From a virus (Duplodnaviria > Caudoviricetes): DNA of 42,702 nt. The notes beneath the pieces were generated by a model. It was not told the DNA's origin. It made no database searches and saw nothing but the letters and a program-made list of their open reading frames with translations. Shown here piece by piece: positions 26,282-35,435 of the stretch; positions within the stretch are counted from its first letter, which is position 1, and every line of letters starts with the position of its first letter. The position numbers and the translations under genes are program-made. The stretch covers positions 1-42,702 of the IMG/VR virus record IMGVR_UViG_3300025084_000068, one strand, 5' to 3'.

Positions 26282-26500
26282 TTACACGGATTTAATTATA
26301 TCAGGTGGAGGGAAGGCAGGTGGTAAACCATTAGCTTTGTTATAAGCTTGTCTTCTTTTATAATCTTCTTCTACTTCTTTTAAGTGTTTATCAATTGATT
26401 TACTATTTTTGTATGGTAATATCCACATATATAACCCAAATAAACCAAAACCAATTGTAAAAATACCTGCAAAGATAAATTCGTATGTGCTTGTAATCAT
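26282..26500 (-). CDS. Small single-pass membrane protein
   Basis: FIFAGIFTIGFGLFGLYMWIL and a C-terminal PPAFPPP. Confidence 0.7.
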   Translation of the reverse strand: MITSTYEFIFAGIFTIGFGLFGLYMWILPYKNSKSIDKHLKEVEEDYKRRQAYNKANGLPPAFPPPDIIKSV

Positions 26501-26895
26501 TTTAATATACTATGCTTTCTTAATATTTGTTCTGCCTCTGTGATAGAATAACATAACTCATAATTCACATTACTTAAATTATTAAAAGAGTTTTGAAAAT
26601 CTATTTGATTTTGGCTTTGTTTACCTTTGACTGTTCTGGTTCCGTCTGGCTTTATCATTGCAGGCTTTTTAAACTCTATAAATAATATATAGCACATTGA
26701 CCCTCTTTTATAATAAAAGCTATAATCAGATCGACCTGCCTTTAACCCTTTGCTTTTTAAAAGTGATGCAGTAAGTTTATTTCTTTTTTCTCCGCTTGCA
26801 TCGTAGCTCCACCATACACAATCTAAATTTCTTTTATTGTAAGTAAGAAAGGTTGCAAAGTTTTTATGTATTTTATCCTCTATTCCTAGGGGCAT
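26497..26895 (-). CDS. VRR-NUC-family nuclease
   Basis: E..I, GLKAGRSD, FIEFK, GKQSQNQIDF. Confidence 0.85.
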   Translation of the reverse strand: MPLGIEDKIHKNFATFLTYNKRNLDCVWWSYDASGEKRNKLTASLLKSKGLKAGRSDYSFYYKRGSMCYILFIEFKKPAMIKPDGTRTVKGKQSQNQIDFQNSFNNLSNVNYELCYSITEAEQILRKHSILK

Positions 26896-26961
26896 AGTGA
26901 AGTATTAATTTCTCATTACACTTACATTGTGTGTTGATTTTAAAAAATGTCAATAGAGTTT

Positions 26962-28089
26962 TTAATTAAAAATTAAATCCAACTTCTCCCAAGGGTAATC
27001 ACTATTCCCAAAGTGACCGAAGGTTGTAGTATCAAGGTATATAGGTTTGTTTAAATCAAATCTATTGATTATACCCTGTGGACTTAAATCTATATTGTTT
27101 TTAATATACTCTTGCAAGTATTTTTCTTTTTCCTCTGTTATACCTTCTCCTGTTATATTTACAGACAATGGCTGGGTCAACCCAATGCCATATGATAACT
27201 GTATTAAACAATCTGATGATAATCTATTATTAACTATGTTTTTTGCAAGATAGCGAGCCATATATGCCGCCGATCTGTCAACTTTTGTAGAGCTTTTGCC
27301 GCTGAAGGCTCCTCCTCCGTGTGGTGCATAGCCTCCGTATGTGTCAACAATAATTTTTCTACCTGTCAATCCTACATCTGAGACTGGGCCTCCAATTGTA
27401 AATGACCCTGTGGGGTTTATAAAAATCTTATTATCATCTGGAAGTTTTTGATTAGGTAGGTTCTTTTGTATATGTGGTAAAACTATACTCTTAATTTGTT
27501 TTTGTGGTATATTTTTATCGTGATGTATTGACAAAACAACTGCCTCCGTCTCTATACCTTGCTCTGTATAGTTTAAGGTGACTTGTGATTTTGCATCTGC
27601 TTTTAACCCTACAATCTTACCATCTTTTATATCATTCCATATATCTTTTAATATTTGATGTGAGTGGTATATTGCAGAGGGCATAAAATGCTCTGTTTCA
27701 TTATTAGCATAACCAAACATAATGCCTTGATCTCCCGCACCAATTAATCCATCTTTCCTATTGACTCCTTGAGCTATATCAAGTGATTGCTTATGAAAAA
27801 CAAATTGAATTTTAATTCGTTGATAATGAAATCCACTATAATCACATTTAATTAATCTTAAATATTCTCTTATTAACTCATCAAGTATTTTGTGATCTAA
27901 TATATCTTTATTTTTAACGGTGACCTCACCACCTACAACTAATAAATTCTTTGTTGCAAAGCATTCAAAAGCACAATTGCTTTCAGGCTCACAGCTTAAT
28001 ACATAGTCTAGTAGTAGATCGGATATTTGATCGCATATTTTGTCAGGGTGACCCACGGACACCGACTCGCTTGTAAAGTAATTTTTCAT
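26962..28089 (-). CDS. metK: S-adenosylmethionine synthetase
   Basis: FTSESVSVGHPDK, GAGDQG, GLTGRKIIVDTYGG, GGGAFSGK, KVDRSAAY. Confidence 0.97.
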   Translation of the reverse strand: MKNYFTSESVSVGHPDKICDQISDLLLDYVLSCEPESNCAFECFATKNLLVVGGEVTVKNKDILDHKILDELIREYLRLIKCDYSGFHYQRIKIQFVFHKQSLDIAQGVNRKDGLIGAGDQGIMFGYANNETEHFMPSAIYHSHQILKDIWNDIKDGKIVGLKADAKSQVTLNYTEQGIETEAVVLSIHHDKNIPQKQIKSIVLPHIQKNLPNQKLPDDNKIFINPTGSFTIGGPVSDVGLTGRKIIVDTYGGYAPHGGGAFSGKSSTKVDRSAAYMARYLAKNIVNNRLSSDCLIQLSYGIGLTQPLSVNITGEGITEEKEKYLQEYIKNNIDLSPQGIINRFDLNKPIYLDTTTFGHFGNSDYPWEKLDLIFN

Positions 28090-28868
28090 TGACTATCTAA
28101 AATGTAAAACAAATTCTTAATAAGATAACTTGACTCACTTTGAACGACATCACAAAAGGATTTTAAGGTTGAAGCCTCAGGAAAGACGACCTCCTTGTTG
28201 TCTTTTGTATGTTTATCTTCAAACCTCTTGATTGCAATAGAGATATCCATCAAGCTATAAGAAGACAATCCTCTTATCAAGGTATTGACTACCTTACTCT
28301 TAACTTCATTACTTTTTGAGCCATAAAATTGAGACTCATCAAATAACCTTTCAATTTCAGGTTTTATTAAATCGTATGTGTTTACCCCTCGCATCGGTAA
28401 AAAAGCAACATCAATTAGATTGACCCTCTTTTTTAAGAACTTAACTTGATTACTGACAAAATCACTTAACTGCTTCTTTGATAAATCTATATCCTTTTGA
28501 AATAAAAGGAATTTAGAAGGTAGATTGAATTCTGCATCAATGGTATTAATTTTAACTTTATTTTTTACAATATCATAAAGTCCTTTGATTTGTGAGCCAT
28601 CCTTGTCAATAAGTTTACACACCTCTTCAAGTGTAAAAAACTCAGCAACACAAAGCGAAGTAACATTCTTAACATAAGAAAACAATAAAACATAGTTATT
28701 AATTGTTAATACCTTACTGTATTCCTTTACCTTTAATGGATCGTATTGCCTTCTACCTTCATTTTCATTGATATAATCCTTTGTAAAGGCTTTCTGAATA
28801 CCTTCAAAAAGAGTTTTTAAGTCCTCTCTTTCTTGTTGTGTAATAGGGTGCATATTACAGTATATCAA
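28086..28868 (-). CDS. Hypothetical protein
   Basis: 260 aa, 4-nt overlap with the metK start. Confidence 0.7.
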   Translation of the reverse strand: MIYCNMHPITQQEREDLKTLFEGIQKAFTKDYINENEGRRQYDPLKVKEYSKVLTINNYVLLFSYVKNVTSLCVAEFFTLEEVCKLIDKDGSQIKGLYDIVKNKVKINTIDAEFNLPSKFLLFQKDIDLSKKQLSDFVSNQVKFLKKRVNLIDVAFLPMRGVNTYDLIKPEIERLFDESQFYGSKSNEVKSKVVNTLIRGLSSYSLMDISIAIKRFEDKHTKDNKEVVFPEASTLKSFCDVVQSESSYLIKNLFYILDSQ

Positions 28869-29136
28869 TTATTCTATAATGTTCTTGAATGTCCTGTGGG
28901 TCAGAAAAAGGAAGTGGATAAAAAGTCTCATTTTCTATTAATTCATTTAGCTTTTTTAATGACTCCGTGTATTCATCAAACTTGCTATCACTAAAATAAC
29001 TATCAAACCTATCTTTTACACCCTCTGGTAAGTGTAATTGTGCTAATAGTAAATTCATCTCTGTTGTGTCTGCAATTTCATAATAATTAAAGCTACTAGA
29101 TTGAACTTCAAACAGTTCTATTTTCTTTGTTGTCAT
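28855..29136 (-). CDS. Hypothetical acidic protein
   Basis: 93-aa ORF after cassette. Confidence 0.7.
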   Translation of the reverse strand: MTTKKIELFEVQSSSFNYYEIADTTEMNLLLAQLHLPEGVKDRFDSYFSDSKFDEYTESLKKLNELIENETFYPLPFSDPQDIQEHYRIIDIL

Positions 29137-29209
29137 TGTATTTGTGATTTGTTAATAAACATTTGAGCTAAGCTCGTATATATTATGTTTTACTTTTGCA
29201 AAAAGTCAA
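29137..29209 (-). promoter_or_regulatory. Cassette copy 10
   Basis: TTGACT-N16-CATAAT-ATATAC, hairpin GAGC-TTA-GCTC, TTTATTAACAAATCA; tmk TGA lies inside the -35. Confidence 0.85.
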
Positions 29210-29763
29210 GAGGTTAAAATGATTTTTTTCATTATCTGTGAGATTGATTCTTCAACTGTGTAGTTGTTATTGATTTTAGTTAAAAACCCTAGATCTGAAA
29301 GGTTCTGAAAGCTATTATTTATTGCCCTTTTATGTTGACTATAAAGTTTATCCAAACAATCTTCCGTTCCTTTTTGATTATGCCTCACAACAAGGAAGTT
29401 GTAATCGGGCATTATATCATTGCAACAAATATTGTGTAAAAGGTAAACCAAGTCAGGTGATACATCATCAAGAACAGGTTGATAACATAATGTAGAGTAA
29501 AAAAACCTATCACATATTACAATCTCGCCTCTTCTAATAGCGGGTATGATAATATTATTTAAATGATGTATTCTGTTAAAATTAATCAATAAAAGTTTTT
29601 GTAATCCTGTAAGTTCAGGATTTGTAAGTTGTTGCTTTGTTTTTTGATCTGGCTCGCTTGTTATAATAACTGGCTTTTCATATCTTACTGTTAAAGCACT
29701 TGCAAGCTCCTTTGCAATTGTAGTCTTACCTACATTATCACCACCTTCTAAACAAATAAACAC
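29206..29763 (-). CDS. tmk: Thymidylate kinase
   Basis: FICLEGGDNVGKTT P-loop, EP, ICDRFFYSTLCYQ, PD. Confidence 0.92.
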   Translation of the reverse strand: MFICLEGGDNVGKTTIAKELASALTVRYEKPVIITSEPDQKTKQQLTNPELTGLQKLLLINFNRIHHLNNIIIPAIRRGEIVICDRFFYSTLCYQPVLDDVSPDLVYLLHNICCNDIMPDYNFLVVRHNQKGTEDCLDKLYSQHKRAINNSFQNLSDLGFLTKINNNYTVEESISQIMKKIILTS

Positions 29764-30380
29764 TACCCTTCTAACACCCCCCTTTCTTTTTGTAAGTCTC
29801 TATTTTGTGCCTTGTCTTCCGTAAATTTGTCAGGAAAGCGGGTTTTGAGTTTGTCAATGTTTGTTTGCAATACTTCTTCTATATTAAAGTTGTAATATTT
29901 CAATAAATATTGAAGTTCTGCAATACTGTCAACAATACCAATATCACCCAAACATAAAGCATTATCATCGTATTTATTGTAGATAATTTGGCTTTTAAAT
30001 TTATCAAGAAGTATAATAACAATTCTGTATAAACGCTTGATTGAATGCTCTGGACTTATACCCTTCCATTCTAGGTCTTGTGTATATGACATCCAATAGT
30101 CAAAATAAGAATTAAAAAATTCCCCTTGTTTTTCTATTTTATCACTATAACCGAGCAACGATAGAAACCAAAATATATCACCGATCTCTTCTTTTATATT
30201 TGGTAAGTCGTTGTTATTTATAGCATCTTCAAGTTCCTGTATTTCAGTTATAATTCCAAGCAATGCATGTAATTTATTAACATTGTCTTGAGTACCTAAC
30301 CTCTCTGCAATGCTTTTATAGTTATTATTAAGAGTTCTTAATGCAAACTCTTGGTAATTTTCTGTTGTGATTTTAGACAT
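29763..30380 (-). CDS. MazG-like nucleotide pyrophosphohydrolase
   Basis: YQEFALRT, LGIITEIQEL, EEIGDIFWF, NIDKLKTRFP. Confidence 0.85.
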   Translation of the reverse strand: MSKITTENYQEFALRTLNNNYKSIAERLGTQDNVNKLHALLGIITEIQELEDAINNNDLPNIKEEIGDIFWFLSLLGYSDKIEKQGEFFNSYFDYWMSYTQDLEWKGISPEHSIKRLYRIVIILLDKFKSQIIYNKYDDNALCLGDIGIVDSIAELQYLLKYYNFNIEEVLQTNIDKLKTRFPDKFTEDKAQNRDLQKERGVLEG

Positions 30381-30384
30381 TTTT

Positions 30385-31548
30385 TTATTTTTGATTAATT
30401 AAATATTTATTTGATAATACTTTAAAAGACAGAACTTGACCGTCTACTAGTTGAGAAGACTTAAAAACTAGACCTTCTCTACAATCAGAATTAAGTGATT
30501 CACCCTCTGCGAATTTTAGAATATCTTCTATAGAGTTAAATTCACTTAATTTAATTTTTGAATATCTTGCTTTTCTAGCAACCTCTCCTCTATGCAGTTT
30601 AGGTATAGATTTAATCTCATTAGGATCGTCCACCTTTAGATGTAAAAGCCAAAGAATGCTACTTCTCTCTGAAGATAATAAATATCTATCTTTATCTATA
30701 TCATATATGTCAAAAATACGTAGCTCAAACCCTTTAATATTTTCTGGATTTTTTTGAATACCTTCTCCAATTAACTCACCTTGTATAGCTAAATTTTTAT
30801 TTAGACTTTTAAGCCTTTCTCTTAATTTATATTTTTCTACAGCTTTCCAATAAGTATTACCTTTGTCTTCACGAAGCTCTAGATTTCTAGAGCAAACCCC
30901 AAACTCACCTTTATCGTAATAGCAAGTGAACGATGTGCCGTCTAACTTTACTTCTGCTGAAAATTGAGTTTCATTATGCTTGCTTTTTAATTCTTCCCAA
31001 ATATTTTGAACCCTTTCTTGTTGAGTTTTTGGTATAAAATTTGGAAAATAGCCTTTCATAGTTCCTGATAAGCTTGCAGGCATAGGAGCTTCCCATTTTT
31101 GTATATCTAATAATTCAGATAAATCTAATTGACTTTTACAGATTAATTTAAATTTATTTTCTGCGATTTTATAATTATATGCTAAACACTTTGTTTCTAT
31201 AACCCAATCCTCTAGGGTTTGATCATTAGTTGCAGTTTTTTCATGCAATAACGAATAAGGCAAAATTAGACCTTGAGATAAACAACCTTTTAATTTGATT
31301 GTTTTTAATTTATTTCCTTTGACATTATTATATGTTTTAGGCTCTTTACCTTTTGATAAGAAGGGGGCTAGGTCATGTGGTATCCAAGAATCTATCTCAC
31401 AGAAAATAACATACTCACCTTCTTTGTATAAGCTCTTTTCAACTACAACCTGCCACCCATCTATAAGAGCAAGCTCTATTTTATCGGCTCCCTTAATAGG
31501 TTTAAGTTCTTTTATTTTACGAACAGTTACTAGCTTTCTTTCAGACAT
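30385..31548 (-). CDS. RNA ligase, DRB0094-like family
   Basis: N-terminal RKLVTVRKI..I.GADKIE; KLDGTS, QGELIG, FDI, EGLVFK, SFKVLS. Probable start ATG 31548; track gives 31656. Confidence 0.9.
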   Translation of the reverse strand: MSERKLVTVRKIKELKPIKGADKIELALIDGWQVVVEKSLYKEGEYVIFCEIDSWIPHDLAPFLSKGKEPKTYNNVKGNKLKTIKLKGCLSQGLILPYSLLHEKTATNDQTLEDWVIETKCLAYNYKIAENKFKLICKSQLDLSELLDIQKWEAPMPASLSGTMKGYFPNFIPKTQQERVQNIWEELKSKHNETQFSAEVKLDGTSFTCYYDKGEFGVCSRNLELREDKGNTYWKAVEKYKLRERLKSLNKNLAIQGELIGEGIQKNPENIKGFELRIFDIYDIDKDRYLLSSERSSILWLLHLKVDDPNEIKSIPKLHRGEVARKARYSKIKLSEFNSIEDILKFAEGESLNSDCREGLVFKSSQLVDGQVLSFKVLSNKYLINQK

Positions 31549-32614
31549 TAATAATTCTTGATATATTAATAATTGTAAGATAATTTGTTTGTATTGTTTC
31601 CATACGGGATCTTGCATTTCGCAAAGCACCTTCAAAGTTAAACCTTGAATAACCACCCTGCAACTCTCTATTAAAAGTCTCTAGCAACTCATTAAATTCA
31701 ACAAGACTTACATTTGGCAGTCTATCAAATATCTCCTTGCATATAGTAAGGTATCTATCTTTTAAATCTTGATCGTTTGTGTCATATTTATCTACAATTC
31801 CATCTGTTAAATCTTCAAATAAATGTGATTCACTGTCAATATTATTATCTGCAAAAATAAAAACTTGATTATCCTCGTTTGTTACAAAGTCCCAAGCGGT
31901 TTGCATATTTTCAAATTCTCTTGTTCCTATAACAGACTCTAGGTAGTCATACAAACGGTTTTCAATATCAATCTTAACCTTGCTTATATCGTTTAGTAAG
32001 TTATCTTGATCTGCCAATGTTTGTGATTTACCATTTTTAATATCTTTTAAGATTTTTACCTTCATAGCCTCCTGTGACTTATGAAACCTAGCCTCAATCA
32101 CCATGTCCAATCCGTCTGCAAGCCTATCATACTCTGGGGAGCTAAATATTGCATCTATTAAGTTTGGCATTGCACAGGATAAACCACCAGAATGTAATAG
32201 CTTTGAGTCAAAATAACTTGAATTTAAATATCTTGACAAACTTTGTAAAATTGCCTTTGTGTAAGATATAATCTCATTATTTTTATTAAAACAATTGCGA
32301 ACCATATTGCCATCGTTATCATTAAAGGTCTCATTTCTGCACTTTGTAAACCAATGCTTTTCTTTTATTTGTTCCTCTATAAAGTTGTCATTATATGTAT
32401 CAAGAAATTCAAGCACTACATCAATACGAGCTGTATCCATTTTTAAAGCCTCCAATCCCAAACCTTCTTCGTTAAGAACTTCTATTTTAAGGTTTTTATT
32501 ATCTGCAATTAAATCTAATACAATGTCTTTATAAGCCTCGTAAATAAATGTGTTGATCTTTCTAATTGCACAGTGCCAATCTTCAAGTTTATATGGGTTG
32601 TAATATCTAGTCAT
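31541..32614 (-). CDS. Hypothetical acidic protein
   Basis: 357 aa, overlapping both neighbours by 8 nt. Confidence 0.75.
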   Translation of the reverse strand: MTRYYNPYKLEDWHCAIRKINTFIYEAYKDIVLDLIADNKNLKIEVLNEEGLGLEALKMDTARIDVVLEFLDTYNDNFIEEQIKEKHWFTKCRNETFNDNDGNMVRNCFNKNNEIISYTKAILQSLSRYLNSSYFDSKLLHSGGLSCAMPNLIDAIFSSPEYDRLADGLDMVIEARFHKSQEAMKVKILKDIKNGKSQTLADQDNLLNDISKVKIDIENRLYDYLESVIGTREFENMQTAWDFVTNEDNQVFIFADNNIDSESHLFEDLTDGIVDKYDTNDQDLKDRYLTICKEIFDRLPNVSLVEFNELLETFNRELQGGYSRFNFEGALRNARSRMETIQTNYLTIINISRIINV

Positions 32615-33599
32615 AATTAATTAATTCTGATTTTAGTTCTGTAAATATTCTTGCAAGGATAAAGCTCCAAGTTTTGTTATCGTTTAGCTTACTACGAATT
32701 ATTTCGTAAAATTTTGCGGGTATATCACCTGCCTTAAAAAAAGCTTTTAGCAATAAACGGTGTCCGTAAACGGCAGGGTGTATATCTCCGTCGTATTCCA
32801 TCATCGCAACTTCTGCATAAACTAATTCTTGTAAGGTATTAATATTAATCAAGCCGACTACAGAGTCAAGTTTAGCATTGTCTATATTCTTATTTGTTAT
32901 TTCCTCTGTTTTCTTTTGCTTTACCCCTGAAGGGATATTGGGTTTACCTCCTTCAAACGTTGCCTTCCCAAAAGAGAAGTATCCTTTGAATGTTGTAGGG
33001 TCACAAAAGAAGTCTCCTTCAAATGTTGCTTCCCCACAAAAGAAGTCTCCTTTAAATGTTGCTTCCCCACAAAAGAAGTCTCCTTTAAATGTTGCTTCCC
33101 CACAAAAGAAGTCTCTTTCAAATGTTGCTTCCCCACAAAAGAAGTCTCCTTCAAATGTTGCTCTATCACCATAAAAGTATCTTTTAAATGTTGCTTCCCC
33201 ACAAAAGAAGTCTCTTTCAAATGTTGCTTCCCCACAAAAGAAGTCTCCTTCAAATGTTGCTTCCCCACAAAAGAAGTCTCCTTTAAATGTTGCTTCCCCA
33301 CAAAAGAAGTATCCTTCAAATGTTGCTTGCCCACAGGAGAAGTCTTGTTTAAATGTTGCTCGCCAACAAACGAAGTCTCCTTCAAATGTTGCTTGCCCAC
33401 AGGAGAAGGATACTTCAAATGTTTCATCTAAACAATCAAAGTCTCCTTCTACTATAATTTTACCAAGATATATAGTGCCATCCTTATATTTAAGTATTTC
33501 CTGAAGTAATTCATCTGCAGTAATATGGATAGGTTCAACATTACTGAAATCTATTGAGTTATAATCGTAAAAACTCGTATAAAGTATTTTATTTGTCAT
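32607..33599 (-). CDS. Pentapeptide-like 11-aa repeat protein A
   Basis: 15 units of consensus FFCGEATFEGD and a unique C-terminal region of about 90 aa. Confidence 0.88.
   Translation of the reverse strand: MTNKILYTSFYDYNSIDFSNVEPIHITADELLQEILKYKDGTIYLGKIIVEGDFDCLDETFEVSFSCGQATFEGDFVCWRATFKQDFSCGQATFEGYFFCGEATFKGDFFCGEATFEGDFFCGEATFERDFFCGEATFKRYFYGDRATFEGDFFCGEATFERDFFCGEATFKGDFFCGEATFKGDFFCGEATFEGDFFCDPTTFKGYFSFGKATFEGGKPNIPSGVKQKKTEEITNKNIDNAKLDSVVGLININTLQELVYAEVAMMEYDGDIHPAVYGHRLLLKAFFKAGDIPAKFYEIIRSKLNDNKTWSFILARIFTELKSELINYD
32946..33440 (-). repeat. 33-bp coding tandem repeat x15
   Basis: Unit TTCTTTTGTGGGGAAGCAACATTTGAAGGAGAC and variants; terminal units degenerate. Confidence 0.95.
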
Positions 33600-33674
33600 T
33601 TTATTTGTTATTTGTTAATAAAAGTTTTAACCCTTGGGTTAATATAAGTATATAGCTAAACTAAAAAATGTCAA
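33600..33674 (-). promoter_or_regulatory. Cassette copy 11
   Basis: TTGACA-N16-TATACT-TATATT-AACCCAAGGGTT-AAAACTTTTATTAACAAATAACAAATAAA; upstream TGA lies in the -35. Confidence 0.9.
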
Positions 33675-34444
33675 GTGTTATTTCCCTTTATTGTAATCTT
33701 TGGTGGTTCGAGTTGTGTAATGTTTACATCCTGTTCCACTTCCTGCTTTGGTTTGCCTAGTAATCTTTCTGTGACCGTTTGTATAATTCTCAATGAATCT
33801 TTATTTAATTTAAAGTTCATTCTTTTAGAGTTGCCGTTGGAGTCTTCTGTGATAAAACCAACATCGCCTAGTGCTTGTTGCGACTCTATCCATTTAACAA
33901 ATGAAAACCAACATAAATATTCATTACAAGCATTTTCGTAAATCTCCTTGCTTGATTTAATAATATTCCAATCAAAACTTGGATCTCTTGATTTGCCAAT
34001 TGTTTTTAACACACTGTCTCGCATCTCCCGTGACCACCCTATATCAACCCTTTGGTTGGCATTGTCAAGCTCAATGTTTTTAAATTTCCTTGTTATGTCT
34101 TCAGGGTTTACCCTTCTTGTTTTTACCTGACCCTCTTCTTTTTTTATTATTTGAGTATTAAATCCAAAAACCTTGTGAGGCAATTCCACACCCTGCATCG
34201 CCTTGTCCGTGAAAGGTACATCATAACTATAGAATAATAAATTAATACCCTCTTGTATATAATTAACTGCAAAATTACGAGCCTGCTCTGTTGTTAAGTT
34301 ATCTAATTTATCGGTATTAAGGTTATTTACATAAGATTTAAACCTATCTAATTGCTCTTCCTTTGTAAACTTATATTTCTCTCTTTCTTGAAAATCGCTA
34401 ATAGCTAAAAGCTCCTCTTTATCTATTTTGAAAGTCTTTGACAT
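33671..34444 (-). CDS. Hypothetical protein with a terminase-small-subunit-like C-terminus
   Basis: TERLLGKPKQEVEQDVNI..PPKITI. Confidence 0.5.
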   Translation of the reverse strand: MSKTFKIDKEELLAISDFQEREKYKFTKEEQLDRFKSYVNNLNTDKLDNLTTEQARNFAVNYIQEGINLLFYSYDVPFTDKAMQGVELPHKVFGFNTQIIKKEEGQVKTRRVNPEDITRKFKNIELDNANQRVDIGWSREMRDSVLKTIGKSRDPSFDWNIIKSSKEIYENACNEYLCWFSFVKWIESQQALGDVGFITEDSNGNSKRMNFKLNKDSLRIIQTVTERLLGKPKQEVEQDVNITQLEPPKITIKGNNT

Positions 34445-35357
34445 ATTGCTTTGTTATTCTTAAAAGTTCTTCATCGCTTAAGTTATTTAATATATAGCTG
34501 TAAAAATCATTCTTGTCTATATTCTTGTTTGTTATTTTTTCTAACTCACTGCCTTCCTTTTTAAGAGGTTTACCTTTTTTAAACGTTGCCAGCTCATAAA
34601 AGAGGTTTTCATTAAATGTTGTAGGGTCACAAAAGAAGTCTCCTTCAAATGTTGCTTCCCCACAAAAGAAGTCTCTTTCAAATGTTGCTTCCCCACAAAA
34701 GAAGTCTCCTTTAAACGTTGCAGATCCACAATAGAATGGTTCTTTAAATGTTGCTTGCCCACAGGAGAAGTCTCCTTCAAATGTTGCTTGCCCACAGGAG
34801 AAGTATCCTTCAAATGTTGCTTGCCCACAGGAGAAGTCTTGTTTAAATGTTGCTCGCCAACAAACGAAGTCTCCTTCAAATGTTGCTTCCCCACAATAGA
34901 ATGGTTCTTTAAATGTTGCTTGCCAACAGGAGAAGTCTTGTTTAAATGTTGCTCGCCAACAAACGAAGTCTCCTTCAAATGTTGCTTCCCCACAAAAGAA
35001 GTCTCCTTCAAATGTTGCTCTATCACCATAAAAGTTTCTTTTAAATGTTGCTTCCCCACAAACGAAGTCTCCTTCAAATGTTGCTCTATCACCATAAAAG
35101 TTTCTCTCAAATGTTGCTTCCCCACAAAAGAAGTCTCCTTCAAATGTTGCTTGCCCACAAAAGAAGTTTCTTTTAAATGTTACACAGCCAAAAGAGAAGT
35201 TCCCTTCTACTATAATCTTACCAAGATAGATCTCTCTATCCTTGAATTTAAGTATTTCCTCAAGTAATTCATCTGCAGTGATGCGAATAGGCTCAACATT
35301 ATCAAAGTCTGCTTCATGATAGCTTATAAAATGTGTATAAAGTATTTTATTTGTCAT
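34419..35357 (-). CDS. Pentapeptide-like 11-aa repeat protein B
   Basis: 19 units; first 53 aa homologous to protein A. Confidence 0.88.
   Translation of the reverse strand: MTNKILYTHFISYHEADFDNVEPIRITADELLEEILKFKDREIYLGKIIVEGNFSFGCVTFKRNFFCGQATFEGDFFCGEATFERNFYGDRATFEGDFVCGEATFKRNFYGDRATFEGDFFCGEATFEGDFVCWRATFKQDFSCWQATFKEPFYCGEATFEGDFVCWRATFKQDFSCGQATFEGYFSCGQATFEGDFSCGQATFKEPFYCGSATFKGDFFCGEATFERDFFCGEATFEGDFFCDPTTFNENLFYELATFKKGKPLKKEGSELEKITNKNIDKNDFYSYILNNLSDEELLRITKQYVKDFQNR
34572..35198 (-). repeat. 33-bp coding tandem repeat x19
   Basis: Same unit family as 32946-33440 in a different order. Confidence 0.95.
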
Positions 35358-35432
35358 TTTATTTGTTATTTGTTAATAAAAGTTTTAACCCTTGGGTTAA
35401 TATAAGTATTAATGGTTTTTAGAAAAAGTCAA
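35358..35432 (-). promoter_or_regulatory. Cassette copy 12
   Basis: TTGACT-N16-AATACT-TATATT-AACCCAAGGGTT; leader identical to copy 11. Confidence 0.9.
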
Positions 35433-35435
35433 GGG

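Noticed and set aside
32946-35198. CRISPR array suggested by 33-bp repeats
   Set aside because: Units are contiguous with no unique spacers, keep frame inside cassette-led ORFs, and no cas genes are present.
32878-35267. Alternative-frame and antisense ORFs over the repeats (32878-33174, 32921-33427, 34541-35158, 34755-35267)
   Set aside because: Expected by-products of a 33-bp unit lacking stops in those frames; they have no leader or promoter.
32607-35357. Diversity-generating retroelement template/variable pair
   Set aside because: No reverse transcriptase in the window, differences are not confined to adenines, and both copies are coding.
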